Assembly (NCBI GenBank): GCA_011364975.1
Contig: RDOE01000011.1
Coordinates: forward strand, 1-59,427
From: Promethearchaeota archaeon
Lineage (GTDB): Archaea > Asgardarchaeota > Lokiarchaeia > Sigyniarchaeales > SOKP01
Direction: 5' to 3'
Length of the DNA: 59,427 bases
Under the pieces are notes generated by a model. The model was given only the letters and a program-made list of their open reading frames with translations. It was not told the origin of the DNA and did no database searches. Positions 8,582 to 18,625 of the stretch are shown here, piece by piece (the first letter of the stretch is position 1; each line of letters begins with the position of its first letter). The position numbers and the translations under genes were made by a program.

Positions 8582-9847
8582 TTAATAGTGAAATTTTCTT
8601 TTCTGTTTGAATCTTAATCTTTCGTTGAATATATTTATATTATATAATTTAAATACATACCAAACTCCAAATATCAGTCCCAGATGAGATGATACGCATA
8701 ATCCAGCATAAGCTAAATTAAATATCATTTGGTATAAGTTAAAGATATTAGGATTTTGACGATTTAAATAATAAAAGTAATGTTGTGTCGCTACTGCAAT
8801 AGCATCTCCATTATTTGATATTGAAATTTCATTAATCATACCACTAACTCTAATAGACCAATGGGGCAAATTTGTATCTTTCATTAGACAATAAATTTTA
8901 TTATTCGCATCATCGTAAAAAAGATCGCCACCAGCAATAAAATTACCATCTGATGATATTGCAAGATGGGACGAATCAGATCTTAGTGCATATCTCCATA
9001 AATAGGTCATATTATAAATATTGAATAAATAACACCCATCCGCACAGCCCGCTGCAATGTTTGAACCATCTTGAGATATTGAAAGTGATCGTACTGTAGT
9101 AGTTGTCTCATAAGTCCTAATTGGTGTTGGATTAGTATTATAAAATACATTAATGCGGTGGTTCTGCCCACCCATTGCAATAACATCACCACCAGAGGAG
9201 ATAACTAAACTAGTAATAAATATTTCTTGAGTATCATAGCACCATAGCGGTGAAGAACTTTCTTTTTCAAAAAAGTAAAGAATTCCCTCAGAAGAAGCAG
9301 CAATTTTATTACCATCATCAGATATTTCTATAAGAGGATAGGTTCCTGAAGGTATAAATGTAGACCAAAGAGTAGTAAGTCCTTCTCTATGGTAGAGACA
9401 CAAGGTCTCACCGGATAATATTACAATGTAATTTCCATCAGCGGAGATTTCTGCATAGGTAAGCATATATGGATTCCCCGTATATATCTTTATAGGAATA
9501 GGTGATTCTCTTTGAAATAGGAAGACATTAGAAGCTAAATCGCAGGCAACAATATATTTTCCATCAGCTGAAATGTCCACAGATATAACATCATCACTCA
9601 TTTTATAGCGCCATTCTGGTAATGGTTTATAATGTTTAAATAAATACAAATAATCGTTCCCGCTTCCAACAACCACAAAATTCCCCTCCTCAGACATCGC
9701 GCAAGTTGAATATTGCTCATCATGATTATCAGTTAAAAAATAACTCCATGATGGGTTAAAATTATTTAAGATAGTTAATAATGTCGAAGATGTAAGGATC
9801 CCTAACATTGAAAAAATGGCTAAGAACAAAATTCTATTACTTTTCAT
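8582..9847 (-). CDS. Membrane-anchored WD40/PQQ-like beta-propeller protein
   Basis: N-terminal signal/TM, repeated V.SV.IS.DG.YI..G....LYLF.....P.W units, C-terminal TM. Confidence 0.85.
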   Translation of the reverse strand: MKSNRILFLAIFSMLGILTSSTLLTILNNFNPSWSYFLTDNHDEQYSTCAMSEEGNFVVVGSGNDYLYLFKHYKPLPEWRYKMSDDVISVDISADGKYIVACDLASNVFLFQRESPIPIKIYTGNPYMLTYAEISADGNYIVILSGETLCLYHREGLTTLWSTFIPSGTYPLIEISDDGNKIAASSEGILYFFEKESSSPLWCYDTQEIFITSLVISSGGDVIAMGGQNHRINVFYNTNPTPIRTYETTTTVRSLSISQDGSNIAAGCADGCYLFNIYNMTYLWRYALRSDSSHLAISSDGNFIAGGDLFYDDANNKIYCLMKDTNLPHWSIRVSGMINEISISNNGDAIAVATQHYFYYLNRQNPNIFNLYQMIFNLAYAGLCVSSHLGLIFGVWYVFKLYNINIFNERLRFKQKRKFHY

Positions 9848-9906
9848 ACGACCCCTAAGATATACTTATAAAAATAAGCTATTTAAAGTTATCTATATCC
9901 TATTAG

Positions 9907-10554
9907 AAGGACATTTCCATTCTGAAGGGAAGTAAAGCCTATAAAGGATTAGTGCCTATTTTCAAGTAGACAAAAGTAAAGAAGCTCACCGAAGATAATG
10001 AAATCAATCGACAACAAGAAGAAAGTGAAACCAAGATAAGTCTTAGCTATTTTAAATTAGAGAACGTGTTTGATATAAGCCAAACCAGTGAATCTGAAAC
10101 TTATTTACAGCAAAAAAAAGAAATTGATGAGAAGACAATGAAGAACGCCGAGATTGACTTTGAGGTCGCTCTTGATTTTTTCAAACAACATCTTCCCGAT
10201 GTAACACTTACTTTTGACTTGGGAAGTATTAACCATAATGGGAAAAAAGGAGAATACCTACCCGAGTTTCAACATATAATCCTCTATGAAAAAACGAGTC
10301 ATATAGTATAACATGAAATTGCCCATCATATTATTGATAACGTGGTAAACATCAGAACGAAAGATTATGCCAAAAATGAAGTTTTAGCAGATTTGGGATG
10401 CTATTTATTGATGCTTCACTTCGAGGCAAATATTAACTATAATTTTAGTTATTCCAATGTGTCGAGCGGTCGCATCACCGATAATTTTGAACTAGCTGAG
10501 TTCGAGGGATATAATAAATTAAGTAAATCCATATCTAATTTTTTTAATAGTTAA
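9907..10554 (+). pseudogene. Degraded ArdC-like ssDNA-binding domain plus zincin (MPTase/ImmA-IrrE-like) metallopeptidase
   Basis: One frame: ILKGSKAYKGLVPIFK*...YFKLENVFDISQT...SHIV*HEIAHH...KNEVLADLGCYLL...FSYSN. In-frame stops at 9967-9969 and 10309-10311. It joins the two listed ORFs 10066..10311 and 10342..10554. Confidence 0.75.
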
Positions 10555-10636
10555 GAGAAGTGAAAAAAGAATATTGAAGTGATAAAAATGATTTTGAAAA
10601 ATTTTAATGATTCGGGAGGTATAATCCTAAAATTTA

Positions 10637-10942
10637 TTACATCAGCTCTATTTCTACTAGAACTGATTCTGGAATCTGAATCTTCATAATTAAATGCATG
10701 CTACGCTCATTCGCAATAATTTCGAAAAGTCGCTTATGAATGCGCATCTCAAATTTTGCCCACATGTTTGTACCTTGCCCGCTAACGTTTTTCATAACGG
10801 GTACTCTTAGGTGCTTAGTTGGAAGAGGAATCGGGCCTTGTTTTCTGATCCCCTGGTTCTGGCATACTGATTCGATTTGATCACACACTGTTTGTAGAGC
10901 ATCAAGTTGAGTGCTAGATAGTCTAATCCTTGCTTTCTGCAA
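10637..10942 (-). CDS. rpsJ: 30S ribosomal protein uS10
   Basis: MQKARIRLSS..GPIPLPTKHLRVPVMKNVSGQGTNMWAKFEMRIHKRL (archaeal S10 / eukaryotic S20 pattern). Confidence 0.97.
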   Translation of the reverse strand: MQKARIRLSSTQLDALQTVCDQIESVCQNQGIRKQGPIPLPTKHLRVPVMKNVSGQGTNMWAKFEMRIHKRLFEIIANERSMHLIMKIQIPESVLVEIELM

Positions 10943-10960
10943 ATTATCTAAGTTCTCCTT

Positions 10961-11008
10961 TAATTATGAAATGTAGTAAAAAATACTAATTCTAATTATG
11001 AAATGTAG
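10961..11008. repeat. 16-bp perfect direct repeat in the rpsJ leader
   Basis: TAATTATGAAATGTAG at 10961-10976 and 10993-11008. Confidence 0.85.
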
Positions 11009-11036
11009 GATTGATAATTATTATTAAAATAAATAT

Positions 11037-11057
11037 TTTATTACTCTTCTAGTGAAA
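11037..11057 (+). promoter_or_regulatory. Shared upstream motif copy 1 (TTTATWACTCTTCTAGTGAAA)
   Basis: 20/21 identical to 12183-12203; both lie about 185 bp upstream of a + strand gene. Confidence 0.5.
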
Positions 11058-11219
11058 TGCTCTGAAATATTTTTTTGCTTCAAATTTATTTTTAATTCTT
11101 ATCCAATAATTATTAGATTAAACTTCTGTCTTGTTCAAGGTCAATGTTAAAATAGTAAATTAATTATTAAGATCTCCTTTAAATATGATTATTTTTTTAT
11201 TAAACTAACTAATCATTAC

Positions 11220-12020
11220 ATGAAAGATAGAAGTGAGTTGGAAGATATGGTTAAAGTTAAGTTTGAGAAAGAAGATCAATTTGGCGTAATAACATTCATG
11301 GATAAACCATTAAACCTAATAGATTCGGTTTTTATCGAGGAGTTAGAGACTATTTTAAGTGATTTAAAATCCAAACATATTAGAGGCCTTCTTTTTAAAG
11401 TGGATGCAGGTAATTTTTCAGCGGGAGCAAATGTGGGACTTTTTCAAAGTCTAGATGAAGAAGCTGTACGTAAAATGTTACAACGATTTTTAGACCTTAT
11501 ATATCAAATAGAAAAATTGTCTTATCCTACAATGGCCGCTGTTAAAGGTATGTGTATAGGAGGAGGTTTTGAAATAGCTTTAGCATGTGATTATATTTGG
11601 GCGAGTGAAAACGCACAATTTGCCGCAGCAGAGGTATTAATAGGAATTGTACCTTTAGGAGGCGGTGCTCAAAGACTTGCTCAGAGATGTGGGATCGCAA
11701 GAGCTAAAGAAATCACGTTGGGAGGACGCTTTGTTAAACCTGATGTGTTGGAAAGATGGAATGTAATAAATAGAGTTTTACCAGAACAAGAACTCAATGA
11801 AAAAGCAATTAAGTTCATGAAGTTTCAATCAAATGGTCCAACATTAGCTTTGGATATAATTAAGAAGCTATTAAGAGAATATTATGAGAATAGTTTAGAA
11901 AATTCTGATAAATTACTTGTAAATATAGTTCCAAAACTTTTTAATACAGAGGATATCAAGATTGGAATTGAATCTTTTAAAAAACAAGGACCTGGAAAAG
12001 CAATATTCAAAGGTAAATAA
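11220..12020 (+). CDS. Enoyl-CoA hydratase/isomerase (crotonase) family protein
   Basis: NFSAGANV, AAVKGMCIGGGFEIALACD, AEVLIGIVPLGGGAQRL. Confidence 0.95.
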   Translation: MKDRSELEDMVKVKFEKEDQFGVITFMDKPLNLIDSVFIEELETILSDLKSKHIRGLLFKVDAGNFSAGANVGLFQSLDEEAVRKMLQRFLDLIYQIEKLSYPTMAAVKGMCIGGGFEIALACDYIWASENAQFAAAEVLIGIVPLGGGAQRLAQRCGIARAKEITLGGRFVKPDVLERWNVINRVLPEQELNEKAIKFMKFQSNGPTLALDIIKKLLREYYENSLENSDKLLVNIVPKLFNTEDIKIGIESFKKQGPGKAIFKGK

Positions 12021-12182
12021 TTTTTCTTCTCTTTTAATTACTAAAAGAAGAATTTAAATAAAAATGTAAAAGGTAAATAGCCAAAAGTTGGATATTATAG
12101 AAAATTTGCGAATTTAAAATCAATTTCTTTTCTTGATTTCAAGATTTTTTGTTTCTTAAATATGTATTTTTTAGTGATTTAA

Positions 12183-12203
12183 TTTATAACTCTTCTAGTG
12201 AAA
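12183..12203 (+). promoter_or_regulatory. Shared upstream motif copy 2
   Basis: TTTATAACTCTTCTAGTGAAA, see 11037-11057. Confidence 0.5.
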
Positions 12204-12370
12204 ACTGGTAATACTTTTATATCATGTTTTAAGAAAATTAGGTATATTTTAATTTAGAGCTTTAAATTGTACGAAGAAATAAAGAATGATTAACAAATTG
12301 TAATAATACAGCTTTAATATGCTCTTTTTTTGTTACTTATTGAGAATTGAAATAAAAAGAAGGTGAATAA

Positions 12371-13291
12371 ATGTCAAAATATATAAAGCCTGAATCAACA
12401 GAACATCAACTGGAAGTTCTTGTCACAGGTGCAACAGGGAATCAAGGAGGGGCGGTTGCTCGCAAATTAATTGATCGTGGTCATACAGTTCGTGTGTTTA
12501 CTCGAAAACCAGAGTCATATAAAGCTAAACAATTAGAGAAATTAGGGGCAGTGGTTTATAAGGGAGACTTTGAAGATGTTCTAACAATCGAGAATGCTAT
12601 GGAAGGTGTAGATGCTGTTTTTGCTATGACAACGCCATATGAAAGAGGAGTTAGAAGCGAAGTGAAACAAGGTTTTTTACTAGGCAAGACTGCCAACTCA
12701 TTAAGGATTAAGCATTTCGTATATTCATCAGTAAGTAATGCTGATAAACATAGTGGGATACCTCATTTTAAGAGTAAATATGAGATTGAGAAGTTTGTAA
12801 TAAATACAGATATAAACTACACCATTATAAGGCCTACGTATTTTATGGAAAATTTCTTAAATCCACAAATGTTGTCTAAAATTAATGAAGGAATCCTTAC
12901 ATTACCGATGATCCCCGAAAGGAATCTACAAATGATATCCATTGAAACAATCGCAGACTTTGTAGTATATATCTTAGAACATAGAGAGAACTTTTTAAAG
13001 CAATCTATAGATATTGCTTCGGATTCGATTGCAGGAAATGAAGTAGCAAATATTTTATCAGAAATAAATGGTCATAAGATTGAATATGTCAGATTAAGTT
13101 ATGATCAAATTTCGAGTAAAAGCGATTATGTAATAAAGATGTATAAGTGGTTAAATGAAATTGGATTTGATGTAGATATACAATCTTTGCATAAAAGATA
13201 TCCAGAAATCAGTTGGCCTAGGTTTGATGAATGGGCCAAACACAGACAATGGAATGATATTAGAAAACCAATCATGCAAAAGGTTATATAA
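12371..13291 (+). CDS. NmrA/HSCARG family NAD(P)-binding protein
   Basis: VLVTGATGNQGGAVA, HFVYSSV, PHFKSKYEIE, IRPTYFMEN; SD AGGTGA upstream. Confidence 0.95.
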   Translation: MSKYIKPESTEHQLEVLVTGATGNQGGAVARKLIDRGHTVRVFTRKPESYKAKQLEKLGAVVYKGDFEDVLTIENAMEGVDAVFAMTTPYERGVRSEVKQGFLLGKTANSLRIKHFVYSSVSNADKHSGIPHFKSKYEIEKFVINTDINYTIIRPTYFMENFLNPQMLSKINEGILTLPMIPERNLQMISIETIADFVVYILEHRENFLKQSIDIASDSIAGNEVANILSEINGHKIEYVRLSYDQISSKSDYVIKMYKWLNEIGFDVDIQSLHKRYPEISWPRFDEWAKHRQWNDIRKPIMQKVI

Positions 13292-13526
13292 ATTCATTAA
13301 ATTTTTTGATAATTCCATTAAACCATACCAATCCATATTGATAATATTTTCATACTCAGTTGTTAGAGAAGTAAAGCTAATTTGCTGAAACTATTTTGAA
13401 GTTAACTATATTTGAAATTCGATCTATATTATCTTTTACATTAAGATATCCACAGAATTTCATAGGGATTCGAAATTATTAATGAAAGAGATACGACCCA
13501 GCTATTCATTACTTCGCTTCGTTTTC

Positions 13527-14393
13527 CTAAAAAGCATAAGGTACAAGATCGATTGCAGTAGAACTTTCAATTCCCGAATTAGCCTCTAAAATCCCATTAC
13601 CTAGAAAATAAACCTTTTTAAGTAAGGTTGTCCATTTGAAAAAATGATTTTCATATCTCTGCCAACTCACCTCATCTCTGATAATGAATTTTACTACAGA
13701 TTGGATTAACTTAGAATTGTTTGAAATGGACTCTACACCATAGTATGCATTTTTAGCATTCGTGTTACTTAACTCAATTATAATCTGCCCATATCCTTGA
13801 AGTGATTGGAATTCCCCGATTTCAGAAAAACCTAAGTCTAACCATTTATGATTTTCTTCAATTAGGGTATTATTAATGTTTAAGTCATCATTTACAAAAC
13901 CTAATGAGTTAAATTTTTGATCATCCCATAATGGGTATAATTGGAAGAAAATATTGTATTGTTCTGGATTATGCCACTCAAATTTAGTTGAATTGAATAT
14001 CCAAGACTCATTTTGCAGTGAATAAGACTCTATTTTTATTAATGAAGTTACAGAAATATGGTTTAGAATCCGTAAATAATACTGATCAATATTGAGTCTA
14101 AAGCTGTTATAAGTATGTATTAAATAGGTGGTAGCTCCACCTTGAATTTCATTAATAAACGTTAAATTTTCCCCATATCTCAATTTACAGATAATATAAT
14201 CAGACTGGCTTAATATATCGTATTCTTCATAATCTTGGTTAAAGTATCCCATTAATGGGCTCGATTGAGGAGCATTGCATATAACAAGATTAGGAGGGAC
14301 TGATGGTAAGAAGAGATAAAGCTGAAGAGATAGAGCACAGATACAAGCTAAAGAGATTCCAAAAATAATCTTATTAGAACGCTCCATTTTCAT
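13527..14393 (-). CDS. Hypothetical secreted or membrane-anchored protein
   Basis: N-terminal hydrophobic segment followed by N/S/Y-rich sequence. Confidence 0.65.
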   Translation of the reverse strand: MKMERSNKIIFGISLACICALSLQLYLFLPSVPPNLVICNAPQSSPLMGYFNQDYEEYDILSQSDYIICKLRYGENLTFINEIQGGATTYLIHTYNSFRLNIDQYYLRILNHISVTSLIKIESYSLQNESWIFNSTKFEWHNPEQYNIFFQLYPLWDDQKFNSLGFVNDDLNINNTLIEENHKWLDLGFSEIGEFQSLQGYGQIIIELSNTNAKNAYYGVESISNNSKLIQSVVKFIIRDEVSWQRYENHFFKWTTLLKKVYFLGNGILEANSGIESSTAIDLVPYAF

Positions 14394-14589
14394 TATTGTA
14401 ACTAATTAAATACCTATAAAATTTATATTAACATTTAATTAACTTTGATTTAACTTTCGCTAGGTGATAATATAAAGAGGAAAGTATTTAAATGTGCTGA
14501 TAGGATCAATTTGAGATAAATATGTATTGTAAAACTTATATCAACATTCATTTTTATTCGTATTTCCAAAATCTGCGTTCCAATTTTAT

Positions 14590-15729
14590 TTAATAAAATC
14601 CTAAGAGAAACTTGTTACCAATAATAACATTATTTAGATACTGTGTTGCAACCTTATAGCATTTGATTGCCTCCTCTTTTGAAGTAAGAGGCAAATCTTT
14701 CATCTGGTAGGCTCCATGGAATACTAGAAGGCTATACGGAATTTTTTTATTTATTGAACTAATATATTGAGCAATTAATTCTACCTCCTCATGATTAATA
14801 TATCCAGGAACCATAAGAGTGCAAGCGCTCATTTCAGGTACTCCTTTTCGTATTCCAAAAAATTTATCTGCCAGATATTTAAAATTTTCCAATGTTTTCT
14901 TATTAGAAGCGCCGCATAAAGCATAATTTAACTTTTCATGAAAAGTTTTTAAATCAAATTTAATGTTCCCTCCTGTTCGTATTGCAATTTCCATACACTC
15001 CTCAATCAGATCAGTGTTACCGCTGCCATTCCACTCCCAACACACTCTAAATTTACGCTTAATATCGGTTTTTTCGATCTTTTCTAAAATTTTATTTGCT
15101 AAATTGATAGTAAAAGGTAATTGAGCCTCAGGTGTCCCACCAAAATAGCACATGCATGTGATTCTCTTGTTTTCAGCGATTTGATTTGCTAAAACATCGA
15201 CATTAGTTAAATTTTTTTTTGAGATATATTTATGAGACTCATTTTGACAAAATAAACAGTTAAAAGTACATCCATATAAAAAAGCTGCATAAGAATATGT
15301 GCCATACTCAGGTCCATCCACATCAGAATAATTGGGATATCCATTAGAAGTCCCAGCAGGACAAATCCATGCATTGCAGCAATTCGTAGGGTTCCGATCA
15401 AGATATCCATAGATATATCCAGTAGAATTCGTAGGTAAGGGTAGATCTCCATTTAAATTCTTTTTCATATTTCTTAATCCGCAATAGCTAACATCCTCAG
15501 GCCCTAATTTGCAATTATTCATACAGTAATTACAGCTTAATTTTAAAACTTTTTTATCACAAAATGGAGCTTTATCGGGCAAATCTACTAATTTCCTAAC
15601 CTGTTTATGGACATTGAGAATATGAACGCGAATATCATCCCAGTTATGTTGTAATATACAATTTCTGCAGATTTCTAGAACCTCAGCAATAAAAGGTCCA
15701 GTTTTACCGCAAAACTTACAAATTCCCAT
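14590..15729 (-). CDS. Radical SAM protein, PFL-activase-like archaeal family with N-terminal Cys clusters
   Basis: GCTFNCLFCQN, YFGGTP, KFDLK, IPYSLLVFH; extra CxxC pairs at the N-terminus. Confidence 0.88.
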   Translation of the reverse strand: MGICKFCGKTGPFIAEVLEICRNCILQHNWDDIRVHILNVHKQVRKLVDLPDKAPFCDKKVLKLSCNYCMNNCKLGPEDVSYCGLRNMKKNLNGDLPLPTNSTGYIYGYLDRNPTNCCNAWICPAGTSNGYPNYSDVDGPEYGTYSYAAFLYGCTFNCLFCQNESHKYISKKNLTNVDVLANQIAENKRITCMCYFGGTPEAQLPFTINLANKILEKIEKTDIKRKFRVCWEWNGSGNTDLIEECMEIAIRTGGNIKFDLKTFHEKLNYALCGASNKKTLENFKYLADKFFGIRKGVPEMSACTLMVPGYINHEEVELIAQYISSINKKIPYSLLVFHGAYQMKDLPLTSKEEAIKCYKVATQYLNNVIIGNKFLLGFY

Positions 15730-15735
15730 AAACTT

Positions 15736-16392
15736 TCACTTCTTTTTTAGTAATAAAAATTGTTGCCCTGATTTTTGCTTGAGGTTAGATTTTACTATAA
15801 AACCGTTAAAATTGTTTTTCTTAAATGAAGATGTAAATAATTCTAATTCTTTTTCATCTTTTGGGTAAAATTCAATAACAGCTCTCCCGGCTTGCTTTAA
15901 TATTTTATATATAGTCGTAGCAACGTTGTTTAAAGTTTTTAATTTATCGCCTAATTCCCTTTTTTCACTCACTATAAAGTTATAGGCCGAAACAGAGATT
16001 ATATGATCAATTGAATTTTCCTTTAATGGTAAATAATTAATGTCAGCTAATATATAATGCACATTATTATAATTAGAATAATCCTTCGCCTTAATTTTTG
16101 CTTTATATAGCATGTCTTTTAACATATCTACTCCAATAACCCGAAAACCACTTTCAGCTAATACTTCCGAGGAGAATCCCGTTCCACAGCCTAAATCTAA
16201 TATAATATATTCCTTATCTTCCAAGATATCTTGAGTGCTTAAAAGATCCAATTTGGTATCATATAGATATTGAATACATAGAAGCGTGGTTTTTTTCTGG
16301 TTTCGCTCCATCCACTTTGAATTATTATATTCCTTTGCTTTATCTCCAATATATGAATCGGGAAATTTAGGTAAACGATTATTCTCTGACAT
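15736..16392 (-). CDS. Class I SAM methyltransferase, Bud23/WBSCR22-like (SSU rRNA m7G methyltransferase-like)
   Basis: ILDLGCGTGFSSEVL plus Bud23-type motifs P..Y....A..Y..S.....Q...T, ISVSA, GRAVIEFYPKD. Confidence 0.75.
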   Translation of the reverse strand: MSENNRLPKFPDSYIGDKAKEYNNSKWMERNQKKTTLLCIQYLYDTKLDLLSTQDILEDKEYIILDLGCGTGFSSEVLAESGFRVIGVDMLKDMLYKAKIKAKDYSNYNNVHYILADINYLPLKENSIDHIISVSAYNFIVSEKRELGDKLKTLNNVATTIYKILKQAGRAVIEFYPKDEKELELFTSSFKKNNFNGFIVKSNLKQKSGQQFLLLKKK

Positions 16393-16512
16393 AAATAGTA
16401 AAAATTGAAAGCTATATAAATTAAAAATATAAACTATTTAAATAAACAGATCAAATAAATAATGGTAATTACATATTGATTATGAGGTATTATATTTTAT
16501 TAAATAGTAAGA

Positions 16513-16911
16513 ATGGGATTTATTATGAAGGATAATATTCTTATATGTGATGATGAACCTGATATTGTATTTTTAACAGATAAGTTTCTCAAACATGGGG
16601 ATTATAAAACTATTACTTGTAATAACGGAAAAGAGGCATTGAAGATCATTGAAGATAAATTTGACGATATTCTGCTTGTGCTCCTTGACCTTATGATGCC
16701 TGGTCTTTCAGGTTTTGAGGTGCTCCGATCGATTAAAAATGATGAGAGATATAAGGATATATTAGTAATCCTTTTTACCGTGAAAAGTTTTAAAGAAGAT
16801 ATTCAAAAGGGCAAGGATCTAGGTGCAGATGGGTATATTACTAAACCTTTCAAGGGAGAAGACCTTCTCAATTATGTAAAAGATATTTTGAAAAAGAAGA
16901 AAAAGAAGTAA
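16513..16911 (+). CDS. Single-domain response regulator (CheY-like receiver)
   Basis: ILICDDEPD, LLDLMMPGLSGFE, GADGYITKPF. Confidence 0.95.
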   Translation: MGFIMKDNILICDDEPDIVFLTDKFLKHGDYKTITCNNGKEALKIIEDKFDDILLVLLDLMMPGLSGFEVLRSIKNDERYKDILVILFTVKSFKEDIQKGKDLGADGYITKPFKGEDLLNYVKDILKKKKKK

Positions 16912-17113
16912 TTTTTTGATAATTTTTCTCATTTTAATTTTCTTATTCTGGCACCCAAACATCAAATTTAAGAACCAAATTTAAAGATATGTTTATTCTT
17001 TACGATATCGATCAAATTTATAAAAAGTAAATAGATTTTTTAACAAAGTAGAAGATGTAATTATAAATCATTAATATAAGATTATAATTGTTATTCTCAA
17101 AAGCTGGTCTCTG

Positions 17114-17503
17114 ATGCCTGAAGCAAAGAAAATATTAATTGTTGATGATGAACCAGACATTGTCATCCTTACTGAGAAATTTCTTGAATTAGAAAATTAT
17201 GAAACTATTCCTTGTACTAATGGAAATGATGCTTTACAAATTATTGAGCAAGAACATAACGATATAGCGTTAGTATTATTAGATTTGATGATGCCAAACA
17301 TTAGTGGTTATGAAATTTTAAAATCGATTAAATCCAATGAGAAATTTAAAAGGATTTTAGTAGTTCTTTTTACAGTAAAGAGTTTTACTGAGGATATTCA
17401 AAAAGGAAAAGAATTAGGGGCTGATGGCTATTTAGTAAAAGCAGTTTCCGGTAAAGAATTATTAAGTTATGTGAAAACTATTTTAGAAAAACATCCTTCT
17501 TGA
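17114..17503 (+). CDS. Single-domain response regulator (CheY-like receiver), tandem paralog
   Basis: ILIVDDEPD, LLDLMMPNISGYE, GADGYLVKA. Confidence 0.95.
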   Translation: MPEAKKILIVDDEPDIVILTEKFLELENYETIPCTNGNDALQIIEQEHNDIALVLLDLMMPNISGYEILKSIKSNEKFKRILVVLFTVKSFTEDIQKGKELGADGYLVKAVSGKELLSYVKTILEKHPS

Positions 17504-17608
17504 AATAATAATATTGAAATAATCCTTAATTTTCCTGAGCTTCGTTAAAATTAAATCTTAATGTGTATTTCACTTTATAGTTAGTAGATTAAGAAGAGTT
17601 AGGAAATT

Positions 17609-18625
17609 ATGGTTGATCCCCAGACTGTCACCTTTGGCATTACATTAGTTTTAATTGCTACACCGTTATTTCATTTAGCCGTTGTTTTTCAAAAATTAGG
17701 ACTCATGCAAAGTGAGGAAATTAAGTTTGATAAAGGAATTAAAGGGATCTTACTCACGTTTAAAGAGATTGCTAAAAATAAATGGTGGTTATTAGGAACT
17801 ATATTTGGAATAATCGCGTGGCCTATGTATCTTATGTCTATTGGCCTAGTAGGCTTTATGGTTAGTGAACCAATCAATTCAATCGGAATAATCCTTCTTG
17901 TAATAGTCGCTAATCGATATTTAAAAGAAAAAATTGCATGGTATGAACTATTAGCAATATTATTATTAGCTATTTCTCCAATTTTAATCGCAGCAGCAGG
18001 TATTTCTAAAGTCATTGTAGATCTTTATGCTATGGTTTTTCCCTTGATTATATTTTTAGCAATATCCGGTTCAATTACCATATATTGCTTTATGTTAAGT
18101 GTTAAAAAGAGAGGAACACGTTCAGAAGGATTATATATTATGTTAGTAGGATCTTTGTTGTTAGCAATTGGAGGTGTGTTTACAAATATTTTAGCTCAAG
18201 CAATAATTCAAGCAAATATTAAATTTACATGGTATTTTTGGGTAGAAATATTTTTTGGCATCTTCTGGGGCGATTATCCTCATTTATGGGTATTTTTATC
18301 CTGGTGGCTCATGAGTATTACAAATTTAAGTAGTATAGCTTTCTATCAATCAGCATTTCAAAAAGAGCGTGTCGCAATTGCATTTCCCATATTTGATTCT
18401 ATTGGATTATCTATTCCAATTTTAGCTGGAATATTTGTTTTTCAACAGACTTTTAATAACTATTTTCTATTTTTCATTGGAATAGCACTAATATTAATTG
18501 GTACCTTAACATTAGGACGTTTTCAAACAGAGTTTCAATCTTTGGATTATAACCAATGGAAATTATATCGAAAAAGAATTAAGAAAAAATCAAAAGATAA
18601 TGAGAAAAATCCCATAGCAAATTAA
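17609..18625 (+). CDS. DMT superfamily transporter (EamA/NIPA-like)
   Basis: About 9 TM helices, QK.G, WWLLG, YLKEKI, YQSAFQ. Confidence 0.75.
   Translation: MVDPQTVTFGITLVLIATPLFHLAVVFQKLGLMQSEEIKFDKGIKGILLTFKEIAKNKWWLLGTIFGIIAWPMYLMSIGLVGFMVSEPINSIGIILLVIVANRYLKEKIAWYELLAILLLAISPILIAAAGISKVIVDLYAMVFPLIIFLAISGSITIYCFMLSVKKRGTRSEGLYIMLVGSLLLAIGGVFTNILAQAIIQANIKFTWYFWVEIFFGIFWGDYPHLWVFLSWWLMSITNLSSIAFYQSAFQKERVAIAFPIFDSIGLSIPILAGIFVFQQTFNNYFLFFIGIALILIGTLTLGRFQTEFQSLDYNQWKLYRKRIKKKSKDNEKNPIAN

Noticed and set aside
13292-13526. Coding-like fragments and a small AATGAA/TTCATT hairpin
   Set aside because: Short broken frames with no recognisable family; hairpin weak and no Sec codon nearby
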